From assembly GCA_050011835.1 (NCBI GenBank), contig JBEKII010000001.1:22473-86472 (forward strand): a stretch of 64,000 bases of DNA, written 5' to 3'. Origin of the DNA: Minisyncoccia bacterium (GTDB taxonomy: Bacteria; Patescibacteriota; Minisyncoccia; Phycocordibacterales; Phycocordibacteraceae). Position numbers and translations under genes: made by a program. Position 1 is the stretch's first letter; every line of letters begins with the position of its first letter. This document shows positions 17,732 through 27,686 of this stretch, piece by piece. The notes beneath the pieces were generated by a model that worked only from the letters and a program-made list of their open reading frames with translations, was not told the origin of the DNA and made no database searches.

Positions 17732-18253
17732 ATGGACGAATCAATGAACGAATTACTAACACTCAAGGCCTCGATCGAAGAAGCAAGGAAGGGGCAGTTT
17801 CAAGCGAGAAAGGAATTTGCCGCCAAGCTGGTGAATCTTGGGTATTCTCTCTACAACTTGTACAACTTTCCCCATCCAAGCGAAGAAGGCAAAACTGTCT
17901 ACATCCAGATTCAAAATGGCATGGGTAACCTTGAGAATACTTTTAATGGATATTTCCACGTTGAAGTCCATTGGCCAATCTCATGCGTAGAATACGGATG
18001 CGAAGACCCTGATTGTGACGGCGGGCACGTCGACAGTCGCCCTGCGACCGCAGAAGAAGTAATTGCGGTCCTGAAAGAAGACCTTATGGGGAAGATGGAA
18101 GTGGAGTGGAGGGAAAAAGAACGGTGCGACAGCCTTGCCGCTTCGTTACCAAGCGAGCAAGAGCTGGCAAAAATCCGCCATAAAGTTGAGGACGTGATAA
18201 GGAAGGACAAGGGGAAAATCCTTCCTTTTGCAAAACTACTCAATATTATCTGA
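17732..18253 (+). CDS. Hypothetical accessory protein
   Basis: SD GGAGG; TTGACA/TATACT promoter at 17585-17612; Cys/His cluster. Confidence 0.65.
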   Translation: MDESMNELLTLKASIEEARKGQFQARKEFAAKLVNLGYSLYNLYNFPHPSEEGKTVYIQIQNGMGNLENTFNGYFHVEVHWPISCVEYGCEDPDCDGGHVDSRPATAEEVIAVLKEDLMGKMEVEWREKERCDSLAASLPSEQELAKIRHKVEDVIRKDKGKILPFAKLLNII

Positions 18254-18379
18254 GCAGTCAGCTTCACCGTAAGCAAAGCCGCAGGGAGTGAACCTGCGGT
18301 TTTTATTATATTTACCTAAATGTTACATACAATGTCTTCAAGATTGTTGGATAATCGCTCCGGGCGTATACTATGGCGC

Positions 18380-19624
18380 ATGAGGCAGTCACGGCTTTTT
18401 ACTAAAGTGCGGCGCGAAGCGCCCACGGACGAGGTCGCGAAGAACGCTCAATTGCTCGTGCGTGCTGGCTACATTCATAAAGAAATGGCGGGCGTCTACG
18501 ATTATCTTCCGCTCGGTTTACGCACACTCAATAAAATTATCGGCATCATCCGCGAAGAGATGAATGCGATCGGCGGCGAAGAAGTATTTCTTTCAACGTT
18601 GCAAGAACCTGAATTATGGAAGAAGAGCGGGCGCTGGGACGACAGGGCCGTTGATATGTGGTTCAAAACACATTTGAAAAATGGCGGTGAGCTCGGTCTC
18701 GGCAACACGCACGAAGAGGCGCTCACTGCGCTTATGAAAGAGCACGTCGCCTCATACAAAGATCTACCGCGCTACGTGTATCAATTTCAAAATAAGTTTC
18801 GTAACGAGACGCGTGCGAAGTCCGGTATTATACGAACTCGCGAGTTCATTATGAAAGACCTGTATTCGTTCTCAAAAAACAGTACACAGCATATGGAATT
18901 TTATGAAAAAGCCGCCGCCGCATATGAAAAAATTTTTAAACGTACCGGCATCGGCGGGAAAACGTATCGCACATTCGCTTCAGGTGGCTCATTCAGTAAA
19001 TATTCTCACGAATTTCAAACTATGTGCAATGTCGGCGAAGACATTATTTATGTGGACGAAGAGAAACGCGTTGCGGTTAATAAAGAAATCTATGATGACC
19101 AAGGTGTTTATGCAACTACCGGCATCAACAAGGCGAGGCTTAAAGAAGCTAAGGCCATTGAGGTTGGAAATATTTTCACTCTCGGCACGCGATTTTCTGA
19201 AGCGCTTGGCCTTCTATATAAAGATGCAGAAGGGAAGGCGGTGCCCGTTTTTATGGGTAGTTATGGCATCGGCCCCGCGCGGCTTATGGGTACCATCGTG
19301 GAGCTTATGGCTAATGAAAAAGGTCTCGTCTGGCCAGAATCGGTCGCACCGTTTGCGTTCCACCTTGTCTCTCTGGGAAAGTCCGACGATGAAATTTCAG
19401 GAACCGCCGACAAGCTTTACGATGAATTGACGAAAAAGGGTATTGAAGTTCTTTATGACGACCGCGATATGTCCGCTGGGCAGAAGTTCGTAGAGAGCGA
19501 CCTTATCGGCATTCCGCGCAGAATTATAGTTGGCAGGGATGCCGTTACGACCAATATTTTTGAAGTAGTGAATCGCGCGACTGGAGAAGTCGCGAAAGTG
19601 CCGCGCGCAGAACTCTTTGCGTAG
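18380..19624 (+). CDS. proS: Proline--tRNA ligase (short, no editing domain)
   Basis: THEE, FRNETRAKSGIIRTREFIMKD, GSYGIG. Confidence 0.95.
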   Translation: MRQSRLFTKVRREAPTDEVAKNAQLLVRAGYIHKEMAGVYDYLPLGLRTLNKIIGIIREEMNAIGGEEVFLSTLQEPELWKKSGRWDDRAVDMWFKTHLKNGGELGLGNTHEEALTALMKEHVASYKDLPRYVYQFQNKFRNETRAKSGIIRTREFIMKDLYSFSKNSTQHMEFYEKAAAAYEKIFKRTGIGGKTYRTFASGGSFSKYSHEFQTMCNVGEDIIYVDEEKRVAVNKEIYDDQGVYATTGINKARLKEAKAIEVGNIFTLGTRFSEALGLLYKDAEGKAVPVFMGSYGIGPARLMGTIVELMANEKGLVWPESVAPFAFHLVSLGKSDDEISGTADKLYDELTKKGIEVLYDDRDMSAGQKFVESDLIGIPRRIIVGRDAVTTNIFEVVNRATGEVAKVPRAELFA

Positions 19625-19627
19625 CGT

Positions 19628-20680
19628 ATGGCAAAATTTTCAAAGAATTTATTTTTTAGCAGCGATATTGCCATTGACCTTGGAACGACAAATACGCTCG
19701 TCTATGTGCGAGGGCGAGGCATTGTTATCAACGAGCCGTCGGTCGTGGCGGTGAACGATAAGACCCATCAAATTGTCGCCGTGGGAAAAGAGGCGAAAAC
19801 GATGCTCGGGAAAACGCCCGCGCATATCCGCGTCGTGCGTCCTTTGTCACACGGCGTTATATCCGACTTTGAGATTACAGAGGAACTTCTTTCCTATCTC
19901 ATCAATAAGGCGCATAACGGCCGCATGCGGTTATTCGGTCCGCGAATCGTGATAGGCGTGCCAACGGGCGTAACTAATGTGCAGAGCCGCGCGGTGCGCG
20001 ACGCGGCGCGCAATGCGGGCACTCGCGAGACAATAATCTTAGAGGAATCGGTCGCTGGTGCTATTGGCGCGAAATTGCCAGTTGCCGAAGCCGTGGGGAC
20101 GATGGTGCTCGATATCGGCGGCGGCACGACCGATATTTCTGTTATCGCGCTCAAGGGTGTCGTCGCTTCTCGGAGTTCGCATGTCGCCGGCGATCGCTTC
20201 AATGAAAATATTATTGACTTTGTGCGAAGCGAATTCAAACTCGGCATCGGCGAGCGTACTGCCGAGGACGTTAAAATTGCGATTGGCGCGGTTATGCCGC
20301 TTTCCGAAACGCTCTCGCGAAGCGTGCGTGGCCGCGATTTCGCGACGGGACTTCCGCGCGAGGTGACGCTCACCGACGCGCACATACGCGAAGCGACCGC
20401 ATCCTCGCTGGACGCGCTTATGGATACGATGAAAGAAGTTATTGAAGCGACGCCGCCCGAACTTCTCTCCGATGTCTTAGAGCGCGGCGTAACGGTCTTC
20501 GGCGGCGGCGCGCTCCTGCGTGGTCTGCCGCAAATACTTGCGAAGATGCTTGGCGTACCGGTTAAGGTCGCACCGGACCCGCTTACGGCGGTTGTGCGCG
20601 GCGCGGGCATTGTGACCGAAGACCCGGCGCCATACGCGGACTTTTTTATCGATGAAGAGGACATTCTTAGTGAAGCGTAA
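19628..20680 (+). CDS. mreB: Rod shape-determining protein MreB
   Basis: IDLGTTN, DIGGGTT, GGGALL; in mre operon. Confidence 0.93.
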   Translation: MAKFSKNLFFSSDIAIDLGTTNTLVYVRGRGIVINEPSVVAVNDKTHQIVAVGKEAKTMLGKTPAHIRVVRPLSHGVISDFEITEELLSYLINKAHNGRMRLFGPRIVIGVPTGVTNVQSRAVRDAARNAGTRETIILEESVAGAIGAKLPVAEAVGTMVLDIGGGTTDISVIALKGVVASRSSHVAGDRFNENIIDFVRSEFKLGIGERTAEDVKIAIGAVMPLSETLSRSVRGRDFATGLPREVTLTDAHIREATASSLDALMDTMKEVIEATPPELLSDVLERGVTVFGGGALLRGLPQILAKMLGVPVKVAPDPLTAVVRGAGIVTEDPAPYADFFIDEEDILSEA

Positions 20681-21482
20681 TGCACTTTTTTCGTCCACGG
20701 GCGTCTCGTGGGGCGCTCTCGCCCTCGCGTGCGCCCTTATCGTGCTCCTGGTGCGGCTTCTCGCACCGAATTTTTTCTGGTATGCCGTTGCACCGGTATT
20801 TAAAAGTGCGAACGCTTTTGCGACAACGGGCCATTCTTTTTTTACCAGTTTTAGTAACGTATCCGTACTCGCCTCAAGGAATGAACAATTGGTAAACGAG
20901 AACGCCGCGCTCGCGAACGAGAATCAAACTCTTTCTCAAAAAGTAGCGGATATTTCAGCGCTCTTTAGTTCTCAATCGACGAAGGGGAACACTCCTTTGG
21001 GAATTCTTGCCGGCGTCGTCGCTCGTCCGCCCGAGAGTCCCTACGACACACTCGTGCTCGCCGCAGGCAAGAACGCAGGGGTTGTGGCTGGCATGGAAGT
21101 GTTCGGGAGCGGCGGCGTTCCTCTTGGCATTGTCTCGTCGGTTCTCGCTGATTTTTCGCGCGCAACGCTTTTTTCGGCGCCGGGTGCGAGCACTGCCGGC
21201 TGGATTGGCACTAACAATATGCCGCTTACCATCTCTGGTGGCGGTGCGGGCGCGATGAATGCTACAGCAGCGCGTTCCGCGAATATTAAAGTTGGCGATA
21301 CCGTATTTGTGCCCGGTCCCGGGATGCTTCCGATAGGTACCGTCACGCGCATTGAAAGCGACCCTTCTTCGCCGTCTGTTACGTTGCGTATTCAGCCCAT
21401 GCTCAACCCATTTTCAATAGCATGGGTTACGGTACGCGATACGGGCTCGGCACTCTTGTTCGCGACCTCCACGTTCCTATGA
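20652..21482 (+). CDS. mreC: Rod shape-determining protein MreC
   Basis: TM, coiled coil, beta domain; follows mreB. Confidence 0.85.
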   Translation: MKRTFLVKRNALFSSTGVSWGALALACALIVLLVRLLAPNFFWYAVAPVFKSANAFATTGHSFFTSFSNVSVLASRNEQLVNENAALANENQTLSQKVADISALFSSQSTKGNTPLGILAGVVARPPESPYDTLVLAAGKNAGVVAGMEVFGSGGVPLGIVSSVLADFSRATLFSAPGASTAGWIGTNNMPLTISGGGAGAMNATAARSANIKVGDTVFVPGPGMLPIGTVTRIESDPSSPSVTLRIQPMLNPFSIAWVTVRDTGSALLFATSTFL

Positions 21483-21733
21483 TACGCGGGATACTGACGC
21501 TCTTTGTGTTTATTTCCATCATATTCTTTCCGTGGCCATTTGCCGCCGCGCTCGCGCTCGTTTCTTCACTTTCTATACCGCTTTTGCCCTTAGCCGCCGG
21601 CATATTTATGGATACGCTCTATCACACGCCGCAAGCGAATATGCTGCCGCTCTTCACGCTCTACGGAGCTGTAATAACCAGTATCGCATTCTTCGTGCGC
21701 GGCCGGCTCAAGACGAGTATTATCAAGGAATGA
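21479..21733 (+). CDS. Small membrane protein in mreD position
   Basis: 84-aa hydrophobic ORF between mreC and PBP2. Confidence 0.6.
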   Translation: MIRGILTLFVFISIIFFPWPFAAALALVSSLSIPLLPLAAGIFMDTLYHTPQANMLPLFTLYGAVITSIAFFVRGRLKTSIIKE

Positions 21734-23418
21734 AACGACGACGTCAGCGTCAACGAGATTCGGAAATTGCTCCCGATGAGATATTTCTTGACGCGTCAAA
21801 CGTTTCCGATTTTGACCGCGCCCGTCTTGAAGGTCGATTGGAGAAGCCACTTTCGCACAGGATGTTCGTCTCTCTTGCCGGTGCACTCGCCATTCTCCTT
21901 TTCATCCTTATTGTTCGCACGTGGAGTCTTGAAATTACCAACGGCGCTGCTTTCGCTGCCGAAAGCGCACACAATAGTTTGGAAGTTACGACGCTTTTTG
22001 CGCCGCGCGGTGTCATTACCGACCTTCATGGTGTTGTGCTTGCCGATAATGTAGAGAAACCGGATGGAAGTATCGCGCGCAATTACCCGGTACCTTCTCT
22101 TGGTCAGACCATCGGCTACGTTTCTTATCCAAAAAAGGATTCAAACGGAATTTATTACGATACAAACGAAACGGGCGTCGCCGGTCTTGAGGCCGAGTAC
22201 GACTCGCTTCTCGCTGGAAAGAATGGTCAGTTACTCACCGAGACAGACGCGCTCGGCCGTGTCCGCTCGGAAGGAACCATCATTGAACCGGAAGAAGGCA
22301 AAACGTTACAGCTTTCAATTGATGCGAATCTTGAAAGTCTTTTCGCTCGCGCGATAGAGGATACCGCGAACAGCCAGCACTTCATCGCCGGAGCGGGCGT
22401 TATCCTTGATGTGAATACCGGCGCGGTGCGCGCCATCGTCTCCTACCCGAGTTACGACCCGAATGTGATGAGTGACGGTGGTCCGTCAAACGTTATTGCC
22501 GGATACAACGCGAATCCGGGGCATCCATTTCTCGCTCACGCCGTGCAAGGCATGTATGCTCCCGGTTCTATCGTAAAGCCGTTCATCGCTTCCGGAGCAC
22601 TCACGGACGGTCTTATCACGCCGAATACCGTTATTGATGACCCCGGCTTCCTCTCGTTGCCCGACCCCTACCATCCGGGCAAAGAGTTTATCTATAAAGG
22701 TTGGGCGGCGCTCGGTCCGGTAGATGTGAGAAAGGCAATCGCGTGGTCCTCCGATATTTTCTTTTATACGGTCGGCGGCGGTTTTGGAAATCAGAAAGGC
22801 CTCGGCATTGACCGGCTTGATTATTGGTATAAACAATTTGGTCTCGGGAGTCCGACCGGTATTGACCTGCCCGGAGAAACGAATGGAATTATTCCGACCC
22901 CCGCGTGGAAGCAAGCGACTTTCCATGAGCCCTGGTATCTCGGCGATACGTACTTTACCGCGATTGGGCAGTATGCAATGCAGGTGACGCCGATACAGAT
23001 GGCGCGCGCCATTGCTGCAGTGGCAAACGGCGGGCGGCTTTACACGCCGACATTGCTCGCGGAAGCAACGCCCGCGTATACGATGGTACTGGCAGATGCT
23101 TCCGCACTTGAGGTTGTGCGTGAGGGCATGCGCGAAGGCGTGACGAATGCTCTTGCGAACGCGATAAACCTTCCTTATGTCAGTGTCGCGGCGAAGACCG
23201 GTACCGCGCAGACAGGTGCGAACAACCAATATGACAACGCGTGGGTTGAAGGGTTTTTCCCGTATGAACATCCGCAGTATGCTTTTGCGGTCGTACTTGA
23301 ACGTGGTCCGTCGGGCGCGGGTGAACAGGCGGTGAATGTCATGCGCGAACTTTTTGACTCTTTGTATGCCGAAAATTCTCTGTATGTCGGCTTTGCGACC
23401 AGTACCGCGATGCAGTAG
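21730..23418 (+). CDS. mrdA: Penicillin-binding protein 2
   Basis: PGSIVK, SSD, KTGTAQ. Confidence 0.9.
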   Translation: MKRRRQRQRDSEIAPDEIFLDASNVSDFDRARLEGRLEKPLSHRMFVSLAGALAILLFILIVRTWSLEITNGAAFAAESAHNSLEVTTLFAPRGVITDLHGVVLADNVEKPDGSIARNYPVPSLGQTIGYVSYPKKDSNGIYYDTNETGVAGLEAEYDSLLAGKNGQLLTETDALGRVRSEGTIIEPEEGKTLQLSIDANLESLFARAIEDTANSQHFIAGAGVILDVNTGAVRAIVSYPSYDPNVMSDGGPSNVIAGYNANPGHPFLAHAVQGMYAPGSIVKPFIASGALTDGLITPNTVIDDPGFLSLPDPYHPGKEFIYKGWAALGPVDVRKAIAWSSDIFFYTVGGGFGNQKGLGIDRLDYWYKQFGLGSPTGIDLPGETNGIIPTPAWKQATFHEPWYLGDTYFTAIGQYAMQVTPIQMARAIAAVANGGRLYTPTLLAEATPAYTMVLADASALEVVREGMREGVTNALANAINLPYVSVAAKTGTAQTGANNQYDNAWVEGFFPYEHPQYAFAVVLERGPSGAGEQAVNVMRELFDSLYAENSLYVGFATSTAMQ

Positions 23419-23460
23419 CTGTTGCACTCTCGCGCTACTCGCGTACAATGCGCACAACCT

Positions 23461-23934
23461 ATGGCTGACCTGCAAGATTCTGTCGTCTCACAAGAGAAAT
23501 TTGATGAGATGATAAAAGAATTGGAATATTTGAAAACAGTGCGGCGCACTGAAATCGCCAAAAATTTGGAGTACGCACGTTCACTCGGCGACCTTTCGGA
23601 GAATGCGGAATATCAAGAGGCACGCGACCTGCAGACCGCGACTGAAGAGCGCATCAAAAAGCTGGAAGATTTGGTGAAGAACACGAAAATTCTCACCGAT
23701 GGAAAAAAGAAAAACGAAGTCAGCTTCGATTCAAAGGTTTCTATTAAAAAAGAGGGAAGTACTGACGTGCACGAGTACACCATTGTTGGCAGCGAGGAGG
23801 CCGATATGCGCGTGAAAAAACTCTCGCACGTTTCTCCGCTCGGCGCCGCACTTATGGGAAAGAAAAAGGGAGACGTTTTTACTTTTGAGACCCCGACGGG
23901 GAAACAGACTTACATAATTGAAAAGGTGGCATAA
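23461..23934 (+). CDS. greA: Transcription elongation factor GreA
   Basis: GDLSENAEY, SPLGAAL. Confidence 0.95.
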   Translation: MADLQDSVVSQEKFDEMIKELEYLKTVRRTEIAKNLEYARSLGDLSENAEYQEARDLQTATEERIKKLEDLVKNTKILTDGKKKNEVSFDSKVSIKKEGSTDVHEYTIVGSEEADMRVKKLSHVSPLGAALMGKKKGDVFTFETPTGKQTYIIEKVA

Positions 23935-23936
23935 AG

Positions 23937-23967
23937 AAAAGGGCGGGAGACTTGGTCTCCCGCCCTT
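23937..23967. terminator. Terminator hairpin between greA and convergent gene (duplicated at ~24852-24882)
   Basis: aagggcgggagac...gtctcccgccctt. Confidence 0.7.
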
Positions 23968-23982
23968 CGCCCTTTTTGTGCA

Positions 23983-24735
23983 TTATGCGCTGATTTTTTT
24001 CGGCATCATTCGTTTGATGACTTGGGCGATGACGAACGATGCGGCCATTGCAACGAGCAGAAAAGCCAAATAATATACAACATCATTCTGTCCGATTGTG
24101 AACGTTCTTGCGCCTTCACCCACAAACCCGCAGGTGAGTCCACCTGCGACGAATCCTGTAAGTCCGCTCGCAAGTCCGCCTGCGAGCAATCCCACGAGCA
24201 TACTTATTAAGCTAGTGCCGATGTTTGATGATTCTGTAAACAACGTGCCTATGAGCATGCTTATGGGTATTGCGGCGTAGAAAACGGAAAGCTTTTTTGC
24301 TCCTGCTCCAGATAGCAAGTTTATGATACTCGTTATTAAGATCAACAAAACCGGCATCCAGAGAAGTAATATGGAGAAGAGATAACTGTCATGAGGCTCG
24401 TTAAATTCTGTGGTCCTGCTTACGAACCATGCGCCATTATGGTACATCACAATCCTATCTACATGCATAATCTTTTCTTTGATCAGGGGAAAGGAAAACG
24501 AGGGAATTTGTTCCACTTTGTCCGTGGTCAACACTTTTTCCTTCTCGCCAGTGAAGAGTTTATATGCCTCATCGGCTGGGATTCCCGGCGGAACGTTGAA
24601 GGCAAGAATCACTTGCGTGATCTCCTTCGCGATGAGCGTTCCGTTTTGAATGATTACCTCGCGTTCGGCGCGAGCTGTGTTGCATACGACGAACACCGCC
24701 CAAATAGTTGCCATGACAAAGAACATTTTTCTCAT
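23983..24735 (-). CDS. Membrane protein with signal peptide (paralog 1)
   Basis: Signal peptide, SFSFPLIK, C-terminal TMs. Confidence 0.75.
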   Translation of the reverse strand: MRKMFFVMATIWAVFVVCNTARAEREVIIQNGTLIAKEITQVILAFNVPPGIPADEAYKLFTGEKEKVLTTDKVEQIPSFSFPLIKEKIMHVDRIVMYHNGAWFVSRTTEFNEPHDSYLFSILLLWMPVLLILITSIINLLSGAGAKKLSVFYAAIPISMLIGTLFTESSNIGTSLISMLVGLLAGGLASGLTGFVAGGLTCGFVGEGARTFTIGQNDVVYYLAFLLVAMAASFVIAQVIKRMMPKKISA

Positions 24736-24896
24736 TTCATTACCTCCTTTTTCGGCTTTTCAGGCCGAAATGAATTTTTATGCGTCTATAAATATGATAA
24801 TCTAAAAAGACATCTTGTCAAGCGTTGGTACGATTGAGAAGATGGCATAAAGAAAAAGGCGGGAGATTGCTCCCGCCTTTTTGGTCCCGATGTCTA

Positions 24897-25526
24897 TTAT
24901 GACTTGTGGCAATCAGCCATATCAAGTGCCTTTTTCGTTTCCATTACGACATCCACAAGCTGGCCAATGATGAATGACACAGCTACGATCGTGAACAAGA
25001 AGAGAAAGTATTGTAAAACGCTTTTATAATCCTCTCTTACGAATAAGCACGCGAATAAGAGCGCAAAGGGTCCCGCGATCAGGATGTAAGAGAGAGACTT
25101 CATTCTCGTCCTTGCGTGGAATAACGGAACCATAATGCTCACTCCCAGAATCACCAAAATTGGTATCCAGAGAAATAATATAGAAACGCCATAACTGTTG
25201 TGGAATTCGTTGAGCTCCATGGTTTTATCCACAAACCATTTGCCGTTAGGATACGACACGGCTTTGTTCACATAGACAACCTTTACTTTGATCAAAGGAA
25301 AAGAAAATGAATACATCAGTCCCTCTTTTCCCCTGATCGGTATTTCCCTTATTCCCCCGGTAACCAACTTCTTCGCATCTTCGGTCGAGAGCTCCGGAGG
25401 AACGTGCCTCGCGAGAATTTTCACAAGCGTTTTGTCTCCAATGATTGCCTCGTGTTCAGCGCGGACGGTGTCGTACATAACGAGCACCATTACTACGATA
25501 ACCATTGCAAAGAACAATTTTTTCAT
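24897..25526 (-). CDS. Membrane protein with signal peptide (paralog 2)
   Basis: Shares RAE.E.II, SFSFPLIK, NG.WFV, NE.H.SY with paralog 1. Confidence 0.75.
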   Translation of the reverse strand: MKKLFFAMVIVVMVLVMYDTVRAEHEAIIGDKTLVKILARHVPPELSTEDAKKLVTGGIREIPIRGKEGLMYSFSFPLIKVKVVYVNKAVSYPNGKWFVDKTMELNEFHNSYGVSILFLWIPILVILGVSIMVPLFHARTRMKSLSYILIAGPFALLFACLFVREDYKSVLQYFLFLFTIVAVSFIIGQLVDVVMETKKALDMADCHKS

Positions 25527-25621
25527 GACCTTCTCCTTTCATTAGGATTTGATTTCTGAAATGAGAATATGTAATTCAATATATTTTGTCAAGCGAAACA
25601 ACGGCGTGATACGATACATTT

Positions 25622-27187
25622 ATGTTGTGGGCCGATAGGATAGCAAGCGAGATACGAGATACGCGTAAACCGCGCGATGGGAAGAAATTTCTCATACGTG
25701 ACGAGAAGACGCTCTCCGGCCGCGTACATGTCGGGAGCATGCGCGGCGTCGCTATTCATGGTCTTATCTCGGAAGTTCTTGCGGAATACGGCATCGCGAA
25801 CGAATTTCGTTTTGAGCTCGGTGACTTTGATCCGTTTGATGCTGTGCCGAGTTATCTTGATTTCGGGAAATATAAGGAACATCTCGGTAAGCCGCTTTAT
25901 ACGGTCCCGAGCCCGGAATCGGGTTTTAAAAATTACGCGGAGTATTTTGGCGATGAATTTGTCGGGGTGCATAAAAAAGCCGGCTTCACGCCAAACTATT
26001 ATCGCGCGACTGAACTTTATCAGTCGGGGAAGATGGACGCATATATTAAAATCGCGCTTGAGCGCGCGAGCGAAGTGCGCCATATTCTGAAAGAGGTTTC
26101 GGGGTCTGAAAAAGATGAAACGTGGCTGCCCATTGCTGTTGTATGCGAGAAATGCGGAAAAATAATGACGACGCGCGCATATGATTTCAATGGCGATACT
26201 GTCGCGTATACGTGTGACCGTTCGCCCGATGAGTGCGTGCCGTGTGGGCACACCGGGCGCGTCGCGCCGTGGAGGGGCGCGGCGAAACTTTTTTGGAAAG
26301 TTGATTGGGCGGCAAAGTGGGCCGTGCAGGGCGTTGATATTGAGGGCGGCGGCAAGGACCACTCAACTAGAGGCGGCTCGCGCGATGTCGCGAATCATAT
26401 CGCGCACCAAATATTCAATTTTGAACCACCCTTTGACATCCCGTATGAATTTTTCCTCGTAGGCGGAAAGAAGATGTCTTCTTCAAAAGGCCGTGGAAGT
26501 TCTGCCAAAGACATTGCCGACCTTTTCCCGCCGCAGATTTTTCGCCTTGCTCTTATCGGGAGGGATATTCGCGAACAGATTGACGTAGACCCTTCAGGCG
26601 AATCGGTGCCGCGCCTTTACGATTGGTATGACGAACTCGCGAAGGGTGTGCGCGAAGGGAAGGCCGATGATTACTCGCGCCTCTATGCGCTCTGCGAGTT
26701 CCCGTCCAAACGCGCAGGGCTCTCCGCGCCGTGGTCTATGCGATTTCGCGAGGTGGCATTTATCGTTCAAATGCCGCATCTCTCGCTCGGCGGAGAAGCA
26801 GTGAGCGCAAGGGGCAGAGAATTAACGGACGATGAGGAACGCACGCTTATTGAGCGCGCGCGATATGCGAAGTTCTGGCTCGCGACATACGCGCCGGAGG
26901 AATTTAAATACGAATTGCAAAAAGAAATGCCGAAGATTGAGCTCTCGCAGACGCAAAAAAAGGCGCTTAAAGCGCTCGCCGATTTTCTTCAAGAGAGTGA
27001 ACGCTCGGGCGAAGAAATTCACGCGCGTCTTCACGAACTTAAAACCGAAATCCCCATATCGCCCCAGGAACTCTTCCAAGCGATTTACCGCATTTTCCTC
27101 AATCGCGATTCGGGCCCGAAGGCAGGATGGTTTCTCGCTGGCCTTCCGCGCGATTTTGTCATCGCGCGCCTTTCTGAATCAGTGTAA
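25622..27187 (+). CDS. lysS: Class I lysine--tRNA ligase
   Basis: SGRVHVG, WKVDWAAKW, GKDH, KMSSSKG. Confidence 0.95.
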   Translation: MLWADRIASEIRDTRKPRDGKKFLIRDEKTLSGRVHVGSMRGVAIHGLISEVLAEYGIANEFRFELGDFDPFDAVPSYLDFGKYKEHLGKPLYTVPSPESGFKNYAEYFGDEFVGVHKKAGFTPNYYRATELYQSGKMDAYIKIALERASEVRHILKEVSGSEKDETWLPIAVVCEKCGKIMTTRAYDFNGDTVAYTCDRSPDECVPCGHTGRVAPWRGAAKLFWKVDWAAKWAVQGVDIEGGGKDHSTRGGSRDVANHIAHQIFNFEPPFDIPYEFFLVGGKKMSSSKGRGSSAKDIADLFPPQIFRLALIGRDIREQIDVDPSGESVPRLYDWYDELAKGVREGKADDYSRLYALCEFPSKRAGLSAPWSMRFREVAFIVQMPHLSLGGEAVSARGRELTDDEERTLIERARYAKFWLATYAPEEFKYELQKEMPKIELSQTQKKALKALADFLQESERSGEEIHARLHELKTEIPISPQELFQAIYRIFLNRDSGPKAGWFLAGLPRDFVIARLSESV

Positions 27188-27278
27188 TAATAAAGAACAT
27201 ACCTTATAAAAACAGAAACCGCCCTTCAACGGTTTCCGTTGTGGACGGCGGACAATTTCGGTCGATTCCGATACAGGT

Positions 27279-27539
27279 TTATGGAATCAATTCTCGGAGA
27301 AAAAGAGGGAAGAATCTCTTTTCAATAAAGCGTATCCCCACCATGCAGAAAAGCCCCAAATAACAAATAAGAATCACCATCATAAACCGAACGAATATAT
27401 ACCGAGCTCGATAAAAACCATTCATACCTCTCGTTGTCCGGACGCTTATAAGAATTGCAGCCACTATAAAAATGGCGGCCACTACCCCATGATCAATGCC
27501 AATGATGGCTTGTGAGAGAGAATTTTGCATCACGGTCAC
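27279..27539 (-). CDS. Small membrane hypothetical protein
   Basis: Two hydrophobic segments; SD-like sequence and TTGACA upstream. Confidence 0.5.
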   Translation of the reverse strand: MTVMQNSLSQAIIGIDHGVVAAIFIVAAILISVRTTRGMNGFYRARYIFVRFMMVILICYLGLFCMVGIRFIEKRFFPLFLRELIP

Positions 27540-27686
27540 CCCCTTCTTTTATTTTGATAGAACGTCTGGAACGAGAATGTCAGGCAGCACTGCTTTTGTC
27601 AAGTTATATATAAGGGGAACTATATAAGAAAAGCCGAGGTACACACAAAGTGTAATGCCTCGGCTTCGTAAAGGTCGCGAAACGCA

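Noticed and set aside
19894-23475. Long antisense ORFs (19894-20685, 22486-23475) and similar ones at 25589-26362, 54599-55318 and 59980-60696
   Set aside because: Antisense shadows of well-identified GC-rich core genes
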